A stretch of DNA of 63,982 bases, the filler included, from Raillietiella orientalis (taxonomy: Eukaryota), in NCBI GenBank assembly GCA_036172245.1. It is 4 parts of 4 records of this genome, joined end to end, with 100 filler letters (N's around TTAATTAATTAA, not from the genome) between each part and the next. Parts side by side here need not be neighbours in the genome. Positions count along the whole stretch, not along the records: positions 20,504 to 39,722 come from JAYWIR010000237.1; 3 more parts are not named here. One strand, 5' to 3'. Under the pieces are notes generated by a model. It had not been told where the DNA came from. It saw only the letters and a list, made by a program, of their open reading frames with translations, and did not search any database. The position numbers and the translations under genes were made by a program. Shown here piece by piece: positions 20,504 to 34,699 of the stretch; the stretch's first letter is position 1, and every line of letters begins with the position of its first letter.

Positions 20504-23500
20504 CAACTTTTAGGGGGTTGTAATCACTTCGAAGTCAGCAGATTTCACCATTGCACTTTTGCGCCTCTTCACGAAGTATCTATTTGCAGTGAGCTGCAAA
20601 TTACGTTCATGGACACCCGCACAACCTTCCAATTTCCTTGGTTCAGAAGAACATTGAGATGACTTCGAAGTTTCATTAGGGTGTGCCACTTTGGTCTCTG
20701 TGTGGTTTTCATGGTAACCAGTGTCGGAGTTAGAAAGAGAATGATTCCCTAGGCTCTGATTAATTATATGGTCCAAATTTGCAACTTTTATGGGGTTGTA
20801 ATCACTTCGAAGTCAGCAGATTTCACCATTGCACTTTTGCGCCTCTTCACGAAGCATCTATTTGCAGTGAGCTGCAAATTACCTTCATGGACACCCGCAC
20901 AACCTTCCAATTTCCTTGGTTCAGAAGAACATTGAGATGACTTCGAAGTTTCAATAGGGTGTGCCACTTTGGTCTCTGTGAGGTTTTCATAGTAACCAGT
21001 GTCGGATTTAGAAAGAGAATGTTTCCTTACGCTCTGATTCATTATATGGTCCAAATTTGCAACTTTTAGGGGGTTGTAATCACATCGAAGTAAGCAGATT
21101 TCACCATTGCAGTTTAGAGTCTCATCCGGGAGCATCCATTTAGTGTGAGTGGCAAATTCCATTCATGGACACCCGCAGAAGCTTTCGATTTCCTTGGTTC
21201 AGGAGAACATGGAGATTAGTTCGAAGTTTCATCAGGGTGGAGCACTTTGGCCTCTGTGTGGTTCTTATGACAACCAGTGTCGGAGGTAGAAAGAGAATGT
21301 TTTTCTTTGCTCTGATTCATTATATGGTCTAAATTTGCAAGTTTTTCGGGGTTGGAACCACTTCGAAATCATCAGATTTCACCATTGCAATTTGACGCCT
21401 ATTCACGAAGCATCCATTTGCAGTGAGTGGCAAATTCCCTTCAAGGACACCCGCACAAACTTCCAATTTCCTTGATTCAGAAGAACATTGAAATGAGTTC
21501 AAAGTTTCATTAGGGTGTGGCACTTTGGCCTCTGTGTGGTTTTCATGGTAACCAGTGTGGGAGGTAGAAAGAGAATGTTTCCCTTTGCTCCGATTCATTA
21601 TGTGTTCGAAATATGCAACTTTTTGGGTTTTGTAAACACTTCGAAGTCAGCAGATTTCACCATTGCACTTTTTCGCCACTTCACGAAGCATCTATTTGCA
21701 GTGAGTGGCAATTTGCCGACATGGAAACCCGCACCACCTTCCAATTTTTTTGATTCAGAAGAACATTGAGAGGATTTCGAAGTTTCATTAGAGTGGGGCA
21801 CTTTGGCTTCTGTCTGGTTTTCATAGTAACCGGTGTCGAAGTTATAAAGAGAATTTTTCTCTTTGCTCTGATTCATTATATGGTCTCAATTTCCAAGTTC
21901 TTGGGGGTTGTAACCACATCGAACTCATCAGATTTCACCATTGCACTTTGACGCCTCTTCACCAAGCATCCATTTGCAGTGAGTGGGAAATTCCCTTCAA
22001 GGACACCCGCACAAACTTCTCATTTCCTTTATTCCGAAGAACATTGAGATGAGTTCGAAGTTTCATTAGGGTGTGGCACTTAGGCCTCTGTGTAGTTTTC
22101 ACGGTAACCAGTGTCGGAGTTAGAAAGACAATGTTTCCATTCGCTCTGATTCATTATATTGTCCAAATTTGCAACTTTTATGGGGTTGTAATCACACTGA
22201 AGTCAGCAGATTTCACCATTGCAATTTTGCGTCTCTTTACGAAGCATCTATTTGCAATGAGCTGCAAATTCCCTTTATGGACACCCGCACAACCTTCCAA
22301 TTTCCTTGGTTCATTAGAACCTTGAGATCAGGTCGAGGTTTCATTAGGGTGTGGCACTTTGGCCTCTGTGTGGTTTTCATGGTAACCAGTGTGGGAGGTA
22401 GAAAGAGAATGTTTCCCTTTGCTCCGATTCATTATGTGTTCGAAATATGCAACTTTTTGGGTTTTGTAAACACTTCGAAGTCAGCAGATTTCACCATTGC
22501 ACTTTTGCGCCTCTTCACCAAGCATCTATTTGCAGTGAGTGGCAAATTCCCGTCATGGAGACCCGCACAACCTTCCAATTTTCTTGGTTCAGAAGAACAT
22601 TGAGATGATTTCGAAGTTTCATTAGGGTGGGGCACTTTGGCCTCTGTGTGGTTTTCATGGTAACCAGTGTCGGAATTAGAAAGAGAATGTTTGTCTTCGC
22701 TCTGATTCATCATGTGGTCCAAATATGCAACTTTTAAGGGTTTGTAATCAATACGAAATCAGCAGATATCACCATTGCACTTTTGCGCCTCTTCGCGAAG
22801 CATCTATTTGCTGTGAGTGGCAAATTCCCTTCATGGAGAACCGCACAACCTTCCAAATTCCTTTTTTTAGAAGAACATTGAGATGATTCCGACGTTTCAT
22901 TAGGGTGGGGCACATTGTCCTCTGTGTGGTTTTCATGGTAACCAGTGTCCGAAGAAGGAAGAGAATGTTTCCCTTCGCTCTTATTCATCATGTGGTCCAA
23001 ATATGCAACTTATTTGGGTTTGTAATCAATACGAAATCAGCAGATATCTCCATTGCACTTTTGCGCCTGTTGAGGTAGCTTCCATTTGAAGTGAGTGGCA
23101 ATTTCCCGTTATGGAGAATCGCAAAACCTTCCAATTTCCTTGGTTCAGAAGCTCATTGAGATGAGTTCGAAGTTTCATTAGGGTGGGCCACTTTGGCCTC
23201 TCTGTGGTTTTCATGGTAACCAGTGTCGGAGATAGAAAGAGATTGTTTGCCTCCGCTCTGATTCATTATATGGTCCAAATTTCCAACTTTTTGGGCGTTG
23301 TAATCACTTCGAACTCAGGAGATTTCACCATTGTACTTTTGCGCCCGTTAACGAAGCATTCATTTGCAGTGAGTAGTAATTTCCCGTTAAGGAAACCAGC
23401 ACATACTTGCAATTTCGTTGCTTTAGAAGCTCATTGAGATGAGTTCGATGTTTCTTTAGGGTGGGGCACTTTGGCCTTTGTGCGCTTTTCATGGTAACCA

Positions 23501-26500
23501 GTGTCGGAGTTAGAAAGAGATTGTTTGCCTTCGCTCTGATTCATTATATTGTCCAAATTTCCAACTTTTTGGGGGTTGTAATTACTTCGAACTCAAAAGA
23601 TTTCATCATTGTACTTTTGCGCTTGTTCACGAAGCATTCATTTGAAGTGAGTGCCAATTTCCCATTAAGGAGACCCGCACATCCTTGCAATTTCCTTGCT
23701 TTAGAAGCTCATTGAGATGAGTTCGAAGTTTCATTAGGGTAGGGCACTTTGGCCTCTGTGTGGTTTTCATGGCAACTAGTGTCGGAGTTAGAAAGAGAAT
23801 AGTTATCTTAGCTCTGATTCATTATGTGTTCCAAATGAGCAACTTTTTGGGGTTTGTAAACACTTCGAAATCAGCAGATTTCACCATTGCACTTTTACGC
23901 CTCTTCACGAAGCATCCAATTGCAATGAGTGGCAATTTCCCGTTAAGAAGACCTGCACATCCTTGCAATTTCCTTGCTTCAGAAGCTCATTGAGATAAGT
24001 TCGAAGTTTCGTTACGGTGGGGCACTTTTGCCTCTGTGTGGTTTTCATAATAACCAGTGTCGGAGTGAGGAAGAAATTGTTTCCCTTCGCTCTTATTCAT
24101 TTCATGGTCCAAATATGCAACTTACTCGAGTTTGTAATCAATACGATATCAGCAGATATCACCATTGCACTTTTGCGCCTCTTCGCGAAGCATCCATTTG
24201 CTGTGAGTGGCAAATTCCCTTCATGGAGACCCGCACAACCTTCCCAATTTTTTTGGTTGAGAAGAACATTGAGATGATTCCGACGTTTCATTAGGGTGGG
24301 GCACTTTGGCCTCTGTGTGGTTTTCATGGTAACCAGTGTCGTACTAAGAAAGAGAATGTTTCCCTTCGCTCTTATTCATCATGTGGTCCAAATATGCAAC
24401 TTATTCGGGTTTGTAATCAATACGAAATCATCAGATTTCTCCATTGCACTTTTGCGCCTCTTCGCGAAGCATCCATTTGCTGTGAGTTGCAAATTCCCGT
24501 CATGGAGACCCTCACAACCTTCCAATTTTCTTGGTTTAGAAGAACATTGAGATGACTCCGAGGTTTCATTAGGGTGGGGCACATTGGCCTCTGTGTGGTT
24601 TTCATGGTAACCAGTGTCCGAAGAAGGAAGAGAATGTTTCAATTCGCTCTTATTCATCATGTGGTCCAAATATGCAACTTATTGGGGTTTGTAATCAATT
24701 CGAAGTAAGCAGATTTCACCATTGTACTTTTGCGCCTGTACAAGTAGCTTCCATTTGCAGTGAGTGGCAACTTCCCGTTAAGGAGACCTGCACATCCTTG
24801 CAATCTGCTAGCTTCAGAAGCTCATTGAGATGAGTTCGAAGTTTCATTAGGGTGGGGCACTTTGTCCTCTGTGTGGTTTTCATGGTATCCAGTGTCGGAG
24901 TTAGAAAGAGATTGTTTCCCTTAGCTCTAATTCATTGTGTGTTCCAAACGAGCAACTTTTTGGGGTTTGAAAGCACTTCAAAGTAAGCAGATTTCACCAT
25001 TGTACTTCTGCGCTTGTTCAAGTAGCTTTCATTTGCAGTGAGTGGCAATTTCCCGTTATGGAGAATCGCACAACCTTCCAATTTCCTTGGTTCAGAAGCA
25101 GATTGAGATGTGTTCGAGGTTTTATTAGGGTGGGGCATTTTAGCCTCTGTATGATTTTCATTTTAACCCGTGTGTGCGATAGAAAGAGATTGTTTGCCTT
25201 CCCTCTGATTCCTTATATGTTCCAAATTTCCAACTTTTTGGGGGTTGTAATTACTTCGAACTCAGGAAATTTAACCATTGTACTTTTGCGCATGTTCACG
25301 AAGCATTCATTTGCATTCAGTGGCAATTTACCGTTAAGGAGACCCGCACAACCTTGCAATTTCCTTGCTTTAGAAGCTCATTGAGATGAGTTCGAAGTTT
25401 CATTAGGGTGGGGCACTTTGGCCTCTGTGTGGTTTTCACGGTAACCAGTGTCGGAGTGAGAAAGCGAATGTTTCCATTCGCTCTGATTCATGTTATGGTA
25501 CAAATATGCTACTCTCTGGGGTTTTTAATCAAATCGAAGACAGCTGATTTCACCATTGCGCTTTTGCGCCTCTTCACGAAGCATCCATATGCAGTGAGTG
25601 GCAAATTCCTTTCATGTACACCCGCACAACCTTCCTATTTCCTGGGTTTAGAAGAACATTGACACGATTTCGACGTTTAATAAGGGCGTGACAATTTGGC
25701 CGCTAAGTGGTTTTCACGGTAACCAGTGTCGGAATTAGAAAGAGAATGTTTCCCTTCGTTCTGATTCATCATGTGGTCCTAATATGCTACTATGTGGGAT
25801 TAGTAATGCCTTCGAGGACAGCTGATTCCACCATTGCACTTTTGCGCCTCTTCACGAAGCATCCATTTGCAGCAAGTGGCAAATTCACTCCATGGACACC
25901 CGCACAACCTTTCTGTTTCCTGGGTTTAGAAGAACATTGATAAGAGTCCGACGTTTCATTAGGGCGTGGCAATTTGGCCGCAGAGTAGTTTTCATGGTAA
26001 CCAGTGTCGGAGATAGAAAGAGAATGTTTCCCTCCCCTCTTATTCATCATGTGGTCCAAATATGCAACTTAAGGGTTTGTAATCAATACGAAATCATCAG
26101 ATTTCTCCATTGCACTTTTGCGCCTCTTCGCAAAGCATCCATTTGCTGTGAGATGCAAATTCCCGTCATGGAGACCCGCACAACCTTCCAATTTCCTTGG
26201 TATAGAAGAACATTGAGATGATTCCGACGTTTCATTAGGGTGGGGCACTTTGGCCTCTGTGTGGTTTTCATGGTAACCAGTGTCGGAAGAAGGAAGAGAA
26301 TGTTTCCCTTCGCTCTTATTCATCATGTGGTCCAAATATGCAACTTATTCGGGTTTGTAATCAATACGAAATCATCAGATTTCTCCATTGCACTTTTGCG
26401 CCTCTTCGCGAAGCATCCATTTGCTGTGAGTTGCAAATTCCCGTCATGGAGACCCGCACAACCTTCCAATTTCCTTGGTTTAGAAGAACATTGAGATGAG

Positions 26501-29500
26501 TCCGACGTTTCATTAGGGTGGGGCACATTGGCCTCTGTGTGGTTTTCATGGTAACCAGTGTCCGAAGAAGGAAGAGAATGTTTCCCTTCGCTCTTATTCA
26601 TCATGTGGTCCAAATATGCAACTTATTCGGGTTTGTAATCAATACGATATCAGCAGATATCACTTGCACTTTTGCGCCTCTTCGCGAAGCATCCATTTGC
26701 TGTGAGTTGCAAATTCCCGTCATGGAGACCCGCACAACCTTCCAATTTCTTGGTTTAGAAGAACATTGAGATGAGTCCGACGTTTCATTAGGGTGGGGCA
26801 CTTTGGCCTCTGTGTGGTTTTCATGGTAACCAGTGTCCGAAGAAGGAAGAGAATGTTTCCCTTCGCTCTTATTCATCATGTGGTCCAAATATGCAACTTA
26901 TTCGGGTTTGTAATCAATACGAAATCATCAGATTTCTCCATTGCACTTTTGCGCCTCTTCGCGAAGCATCCATTTGCTGTGAGTTGCAAATTCCCGTCAT
27001 GGAGACCCGCACAACCTTCCAATTTCCTTGGTTTAGAAGAACATTGAGATGACTCCGAGGTTTCATTAGGGTGGGGCACATTGGCCTCTGTGTGGTTTTC
27101 ATGGTAACCAGTGTCCGAAGAAGGAAGAGAATGTTTCGCTTCGCTCTTATTCATCATGTGGTCCAAATATGCAACTTATTCGGGTTTGTAATCAATACGA
27201 AATCTTCAGATTTGTCATTTGAACTTTTGCGTCTGTGACCGAAGCATCCATTTGCAGTGATTGGCTTATTCATGTCATGCAGAACCGGAGATCCTGCGAA
27301 TTTCTTGGTTTCAGAGGAACATTGAGATGAGTCCGACGTTTCATTACGGTAGGGCACTTTGGCCTCTGTGTGGATTTCATGGTAACCAGTGTCGCAGTTG
27401 CAAAGAGATTGTTTCCCTTCGCTCTGATTCATGTTATGGTCCAAATATGCTACTCTCTGGGGTTTGTAATCAATTCGAAGACAGCTGATTTCACCATTCC
27501 GCTTTTGCGCTTCTTCGCAAAGCATCCATTTGCAGTGAGTGGCAAATTCCCTCCATGGAGACCGGCACAACTGTTCAATTTCCTTGGTTCAGAAGAACAT
27601 TGAGACGAGTCCGACGTTTCATAAGGGCGTGGCAACTTGACCTCTGAGTGGTTTTCATGCTAACTAGTGTCGGAGTTAGGAAGAGATTGTTTCCCTTCGC
27701 TCTGATTCATTATATGGTCCAAATATGCTACTTTGTGGGGTTTGAAATCACTTCGTGGACAGCTGATATCACCATTGCACTTTTGCGCCTCTTCGCGAAG
27801 CATCCATTTGCTGTGAGTTGCAAATTCCCGTCATGGAGACCCGCACAACCTTCCAATTTCCTTGGTTTAGAAGAACATTGAGATGACTCCGAGGTTTCAT
27901 TAGGGTGGGGCACATTGGCCTCTGTGTGGTTTTCATGGTAACCAGTGTCCGAAGAAGGAAGAGAATGTTTCGCTTCGCTCTTATTCATCATGTGGTCCAA
28001 ATATGCAACTTATTCGGGTTTGTAATCAATACGATATCAGCAGATATCACCATTGCACTTTTGCGCCTCTTCGCGAAGCATCCATTTGCTGTGAGTTGCA
28101 AATTCCCGTCATGGAGACCCTCACAACCTTCCAATTTCCTTGGTTTAGAAGAACATTGAGATGAGTCCGACGTTTCCTTAGGGTGGGGCACTTTGGCCTC
28201 TGTGTGGTTTTCATGGTAACCAGTGTCGTACTAAGAAACCGAATGTTTCCCTTCCCTCTTATTCATCATGTGGTCCAAATATGCAACTTATTCGGGTTTG
28301 TAATCAATACGATATCAGCAGATATCACCATTGCACTTTTGCGCCTCTTCGCGAAGCATCCATTTGCTGTGAGTTGCAAATTCCCGTCATGGAGACCCGC
28401 ACAACCTTCCAATTTCCTTGGTTTAGAAGAACATTGAGATGACTCCGACGTTTCATTAGGGTGGGGCACATTGGCCTCTGTGTGGTTTTCATGGTAACCA
28501 GTGTCGGAAGAAGGAAGAGAATGTTTCCCTTCGCTCTTATTCATCATGTGGTCCAAATATGCAACTTATTCGGGTTTGTAATCAATACGAAATCATCAGA
28601 TTTCTCCATTGCACTTTTGCGCCTCTTCGCGAAGCATCCATTTGCTGTGAGTTGCAAATTCCCGTCATGGAGACCCGCACAACCTTCCATTTTTTTTGGT
28701 TCAGAAGAACATTGAGATGAGTCCGACGTTTCATTAGGGTGGGGCACTTTGGCCTCTGTGTGGTTTTCATGGTAACCAGTGTCGTACTAAGAAACCGAAT
28801 GTTTCCCTTCCCTCTTATTCATCATGTGGTCCAAATATGCAACTTATTCGGGTTTGTAATCAATACGAAATCATCAGATTTCTCCATTGCACTTTTGCGC
28901 CTTTTCGCGAAGCATCCATTTGCTGTGAGTAGCAGATTTCCGTCATGGATAGAAGCACAACCTTCCAATGTTTTTGGTACAGAAGAACATTGAGATGAAT
29001 CCGACGTATCATTAGGGAGGATCACTTTGGACTCTGTGGGGATTTCCTAGTAACCAGTGTCGGTATAAGAAAGGGAATGCTTGCCTTCGCTCTGATTCAT
29101 CATGTGGTCCAAATATACAATCTTAAGGGTTTGTTATCAATACGAAATCATCAGATTTCTCTTTGCACTTTTGCGCCTCTTCGCGAAGCATCCATTTGCT
29201 GTGAGTTGCAAATTCCCGTCATGGAGACCCGCACAACCTTCCAATTTACTTGGTTTAGAAGAACATTGAGATGAGTCCGACGTTTCATTAGGGTGGGGCA
29301 CTTTGGCCTCTGTGTGGTTTTCATGGTAACCAGTGTCGTACTAAGAAACCGAATGTTTCCCTTCCCTCTTATTCATCATGTGGTCCAAATATGCAACTTA
29401 TTCGGGTTTGTAATCAATACGAAATCATCAGATTTCTCCATTGCACTTTTGCGCCTCTTCGCGAAGCATCCATTTGCTGTGAGTTGCAAATTCCCGTCAT

Positions 29501-32500
29501 GGAGACCCGCACAACCTTCCAATTTCCTTGGTTTAGAAGAACATTGAGATGACTCCGAGGTTTCATTAGGGTGGGGCACATTGGCCTCTGTGTGGTTTTC
29601 ATGGTAACCAGTGTCGTACTAAGAAACCGAATGTTTCCCTTCCCTCTTATTCATCATGTGGTCCAAATATGCAACTTATTCGGGTTTGTAATCAATACGA
29701 AATCATCAGATTTCTCCATTGCACTTTTGCGCCTCTTCGCGAAGCATCCATTTGCTGTGAGTTGCAAATTCCCGTCATGGAGACCCGCACAACCTTCCAA
29801 TTTCCTTGGTTCAGAAGAACATTGAGATGAGTCCGACGTTTCATTAGGGTGGGGCACTTTGGCCTCTGTGTGGTTTTCATGGTAACCAGTGTCGGAAGAA
29901 GGAAGAGAATGTTTCCCTTCGCTCTTATTCATCATGTGGTCCAAATATGCAACTTATTCGGGTTTGTAATCAATACGAAATCATCAGATTTCTCCATTGC
30001 ACTTTTGCGCCTCTTCGCGAAGCATCCATTTGCTGTGAGTTGCAAATTCCCGTCATGGAGACCCGCACAACCTTCCAATTTCCTTGGTTTAGAAGAACAT
30101 TGGGATGATTCCGAGGTTTCATTAGGGTGGGGCACATTGGCCTCTGTGTGGTTTTCATGGTAACCAGTGTCCGATGAAGGAAGAGAATGTTTCGCTTCGC
30201 TCTTATTCATCATGTGGTCCAAATATGCAACTTATTCGGGTTTGTAATCAATACGATATCAGCAGATATCACCATTGCACTTTTGCGCCTCTTCGCGAAG
30301 CATCCATTTGCTGTGAGTTGCAAATTCCCGTCATGGAGACCCGCACAACCTTCCATTTTTTTTTGTTCAGAAGAACATTGAGATGAGTCCGACGTTTCAT
30401 TAGGGTGGGGCACTTTGGCCTCTGTGTGGTTTTCATGGTAACCAGTGTCGGAATACAAAAGCGAATGTTTCCCTTCGTTCCGATTCATGAAGTAGTCAAA
30501 ATTTGCAATTTTGAATTTTTCTTATCATTGCGAATTCATCAGATTTCATCTTTGCACTTTTCCGCCTCTTTATGAAGCATCTGTTTGCAGTGAGTGGCTA
30601 ATTCCCTTCATGGAGACCCGTACAACTGTTCAATTTCCTTGGTTCAGAAGAACATTGAGATGAGTCCGACGTATCATAAGGGCGTGGCAATTTGGCCTCT
30701 GTGTGGTTTTCATGGTAACCAGTGTCGGAGTAAGAAAAAGAATGTTTCGCTTCGCTCTTATTCATCATGTGGTCCAAATATGCAACTTATTCAAGTTTGT
30801 AATCAATACGAAATCATCAGATTTCTCCATTGCACTTTTGCGCCTCTTCGCGAAGCATCCATTTGCTGTGAGTTGCAAATTCCCGTCATGGAGACCCGCA
30901 CAACCTTCCAATTTCTTGGTTTAGAAGAACATTGAGATGATTCCGACGTTTCATTAGGGTGGGGCACATTGGCCTCTGTGTGGTTTTCATGGTAACCAGT
31001 GTCCGAAGAAGGAAGAGAATGTTTCCCTTCGCTCTTATTCATCATGTGGTCCAAATATGCAACTTATTCGGGTTTGTAATCAATACGATATCAGCAGATA
31101 TCACCATTGCACTTTTGCGCCTCTTCGCGAAGCATCCATTTGCTGTGAGTTGCAAATTCCCGTCATGGAGACCCTCACAACCTTCCAATTTCCTTGGTTT
31201 AGAAGAACATTGAGATGACTCCGAGGTTTCATTAGGGTGGGGCAATTGGCCTCTGTGTGGTTTTCATGGTAACCAGTGTCGTACTAAGAAAGAGAATGTT
31301 TCCCTTCGCTCTTATTCATCATGTGGTCCAAATATGCAACTTATTCGGGTTTGTAATCAATACGAAATCATCAGATTTCTCCATTGCACTTTTGCGCCTC
31401 TTCGCGAAGCATCCATTTGCTGTGAGTTGCAAATTCCCGTCATGGAGACCCGCACAACCTTCCAATTTCCTTGGTTTAGAAGAACATTGAGATGACTCCG
31501 AGGTTTCATTAGAGTGTGGCAATTTGGTTGCTGTGTGGTTTTCATGGTAACCAGTGTCGGAGTGAGAAAGTGAATGTTTATGTTCGCTCTGATTCATCAT
31601 GTGGTTCACATATGCAACTTTAAGGGTTTGTAATCAATTCGAAATCATCAGATTTCTAGATTGCACTTTTGCGTCTGTTACCGAAGCATCGATTTGCTCT
31701 GAGTGGCTAATCCCCGTCATGGAGAACCGGAGATCCTTCAAATTTCTTGGTTTCAGAGGAACATTCAGATGACTCCGACGTTTCATTAGGGTAGGACACT
31801 TTGGCCTTTGTGTGGTTTTCATGGTAAGCAGTGTCGGAATAAGAAAGGCAATGCTTCCCTTCGCTGAGATTTTATCATGTGTTCCAAATTTCCAACATTC
31901 AAGGGTTTGTAATCAATACCAAATCATCAGATTTCTTCTTTGCTCTTTTGCGACTCTTCGCGAAGCATCCATTTGCTGTGAGTTCAAATTCCCCTCATGG
32001 AGACCCACACAGCTGTCCAAATTCCTTGGTTCAGAAGAACATTGAGATGAGTACGAAATTTTATAAAAGCGTGGCAATTTGTCTGCTGAGTGGTTTTCAT
32101 GGTAACCAGTGTCGTACTAAGAAAGAGAATGTTTCCCTTCGCTCTTATTCATCATGTGGTCCAAATATGCAACTTATTCGAGTTTGTAATCAATACGAAA
32201 TCATCAGATTTCTCCATTGCACTTTTGCGCCTCTTCGCGAAGCATCCATTTGCTGTGAGTTGCAAATTCCCATCATGGAGACCCGCACAACCTTCCAATT
32301 TGCTTGTTTCAGAAGAACATTGAGATGAGTCCGACGTTTCATTAGGGTGGGGCACATTGGCCTCTGTGTGGTTTTCATGGTAACCAGTGTCGTAATAAGA
32401 AAGAGAATGTTTCGCTTCGCTCTTATTCATCATGTGGTCCAAATATGCAACTTATTCGGGTTTGTAATCAATACGAAATCATCAGATTTCACCATTGCAC

Positions 32501-32724
32501 TTTTGCGCCTCTTCGCGAAGCATCCATTTGCTGTGAGTTGCAAATTCCCGTCATGGAGACCCGCACAACCTTCCAATTTCCTTGGTTTAGAAGAACATTG
32601 AGATGATTCCGACGTTTCATTAGGGTGGGGCACTTTGGACTCCGTGATGTTTTCATGGTAACCAGTGTCGGATGAAAAAAGGGAATGTTTCCCTTCGCAC
32701 TGTTTTATCATACAATCCAAATTT
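20504..32724 (-). repeat. 278-bp tandem satellite array, about 44 monomers (reverse orientation relative to 39823-58450)
   Basis: Motifs such as GTGGTTTTCATGGTAACCAGTGTC recur every 278 bp (ORF starts at 27905, 28183, 28461, 28739). Confidence 0.98.
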
Positions 32725-33011
32725 GTAGGAGATCATCAGCTCCCTGCGGAGGATGTTCTCCAGAGAAATCAGAGAAGAATCAAGAGCGGACGATGGAATT
32801 CGAAATATTGAAGAAAAAAGCAAAGTGAAATACTGAAAATATAACATGAAATGGTGCTGTTTTTTTTTCAAGCTTACGATGTAAAAATTTCGAAGTGAGT
32901 AAGACGACTATTTTTTGCAATATTTAATGGAGAAAACAAACATTTTCAGATCGTTAAAGTGAACGAAAAGTTTCCATAGGTAATAACAAACAATCAAGTA
33001 TAAGTTGCTAT

Positions 33012-33102
33012 ATCCTGCCAACTGCTGGCGTTCCAGTCTTTATTCAATTTCTTTGCTAAATCCTGCTAACTGTTTGTGTGTCAGTCTTTAATCAATTTCT
33101 TT
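33012..33102 (+). repeat. Diverged 48-bp tandem duplication
   Basis: ATCCTGCYAACTG...CAGTCTTTAWTCAATTTCTTT starts at 33012 and at 33060. Confidence 0.75.
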
Positions 33103-34699
33103 AATTAATAAGCAAAAATGATTTCGGAAGAATTCGAAGTTTTTATAATGTTGCTCTTGCATGTATGTTTTCCTAGGTGTTGCAAACCTCAACATAAGCA
33201 CACTAAACTTTTAGCATGGTCTGTAATTTTCTTCAAAAGATAGAAAGGTATGTTCACTTATTTCCAAGTTTGCATCAATTGCTAGCGAATCCTTTTTTCA
33301 CTCGAATTCCGGACTGAACCCAAAGTTTCCTTCACTGTGGGTTATATGCTTGAACATTTTTCTTGGTTGGACGTTATGTTAGGACGGTTTCCTTAGTGAG
33401 AGTACAATCCTAGTTGATCATACATGACTTTTGTCTGAAAAATAGCCGTGTGTTATTATTTTTCATTGTCTTCTTCGGTGATGTTGTAAACTAATTACCT
33501 GTGATTATTTCTTTTCCTGTGTATTTTGTATTTCTTTTTATGGCTGTTTTGGCCGACTAGTTGTATTGTTAATTAATGGCTATGATTCTCTGAATTTCTT
33601 TCATTATCCCTGTTTTTTTTCTTTTTTCATTATGATTCTTTATTTTTTCATTACTGTGTTGAAAACACTTCGAGGAACATTATTTTTTGAAACCAACATG
33701 TCATCAATAAATTCTACAAAACATGCACGAATTAGTGGTTTCGTGTCAACTACAGGTCGCTTGCGTAAACGTGATCATGATTTGATTCAGAGCATACGAA
33801 GTATAGTTTGGAAAGATTTTCAGCTTTTGAATTGAATTTCGCACCAATTTCTTAGCTGAGTAATGTATGTCCTCTTTTTTTTTTTTAATGTTTTCAATCA
33901 GTCTGATCGAGCTCCAATTGCAACAGCGATCTAGCAAGATCATGGTTTCCAGCCAGAAAGAGCCATATAGAATCTGCTTGACCCGCAGATGAATTGTAGT
34001 TGGCCAGAAAATAGGAATGTTCATCAAAACCAATGAGGTAGGGGGAAAGTTTGTGCTTCGTCTGCTGCGCTGCCACCTCGTACGTTTCCTCACCTCTTTC
34101 CTTCCTCTTCGTTGCCTTGCCGTTAATGTGAGACGACACCAGAATGGGCATCTAAAACACTTCGTTTCAAGCATGTACAATACAGAACAAATATTAAGCA
34201 TCACTAATTTCTTCCTAGTAGCAGTCTGCAGCAGCGATCCCCAGTCAGCACAGCAGCAACACAGCTGCTAATATTTTCCACAAGGCTGCTAGTAAAAATC
34301 GCTGCGCCAAAAGTTTGTTGGCTGGATGAGAGAGCTCGATGAGTGATAGTGCTTGCGTTCTACCAAGAAACCGTTGCGATTTCCAAGCAGAGGTGGTGTC
34401 GCCTCCAGCGTCGCTCTCGTGTTCTCTGAGGTAGGTGAAGCCAGTCTCCTCGACCTGTTGAGACCACGTTCCGAGACTCACCACCGCACGGAATTCGGAC
34501 TTCAAGACCACCAATTCGCTCTCCAGCTTGTTGCACTGGGGGACTTCTACCACGATTGTAGTAATGTTCTGGACACCGCAGATGCAGCGCCGGAGATGCT
34601 CATGTTTCTCACTCGTCGTTCCAATTCAAACTTCATCACGTAGCTGAGCCAGTTCCTCGACTATCTGCAAGGTTTCCTGCCTCTCCGGTGTGGGCTCTA

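Noticed and set aside
26490..26520. Hammerhead-ribozyme-like words in the 278-bp satellite (GATGAGTCCGACG; CTGATGA on the minus strand)
   Set aside because: The required CUGANGA-stem II-GAAA order is not met: GTTT follows instead of GAAA, and the CTGATGA lies inside its own hairpin and is not conserved. An Infernal search with hammerhead models would settle it.
33746..34640. Possible host exons (e.g. weak ankyrin-like LAGNHDLARSLL)
   Set aside because: Short, with no convincing domain or splice structure; cannot be supported without a homology search.
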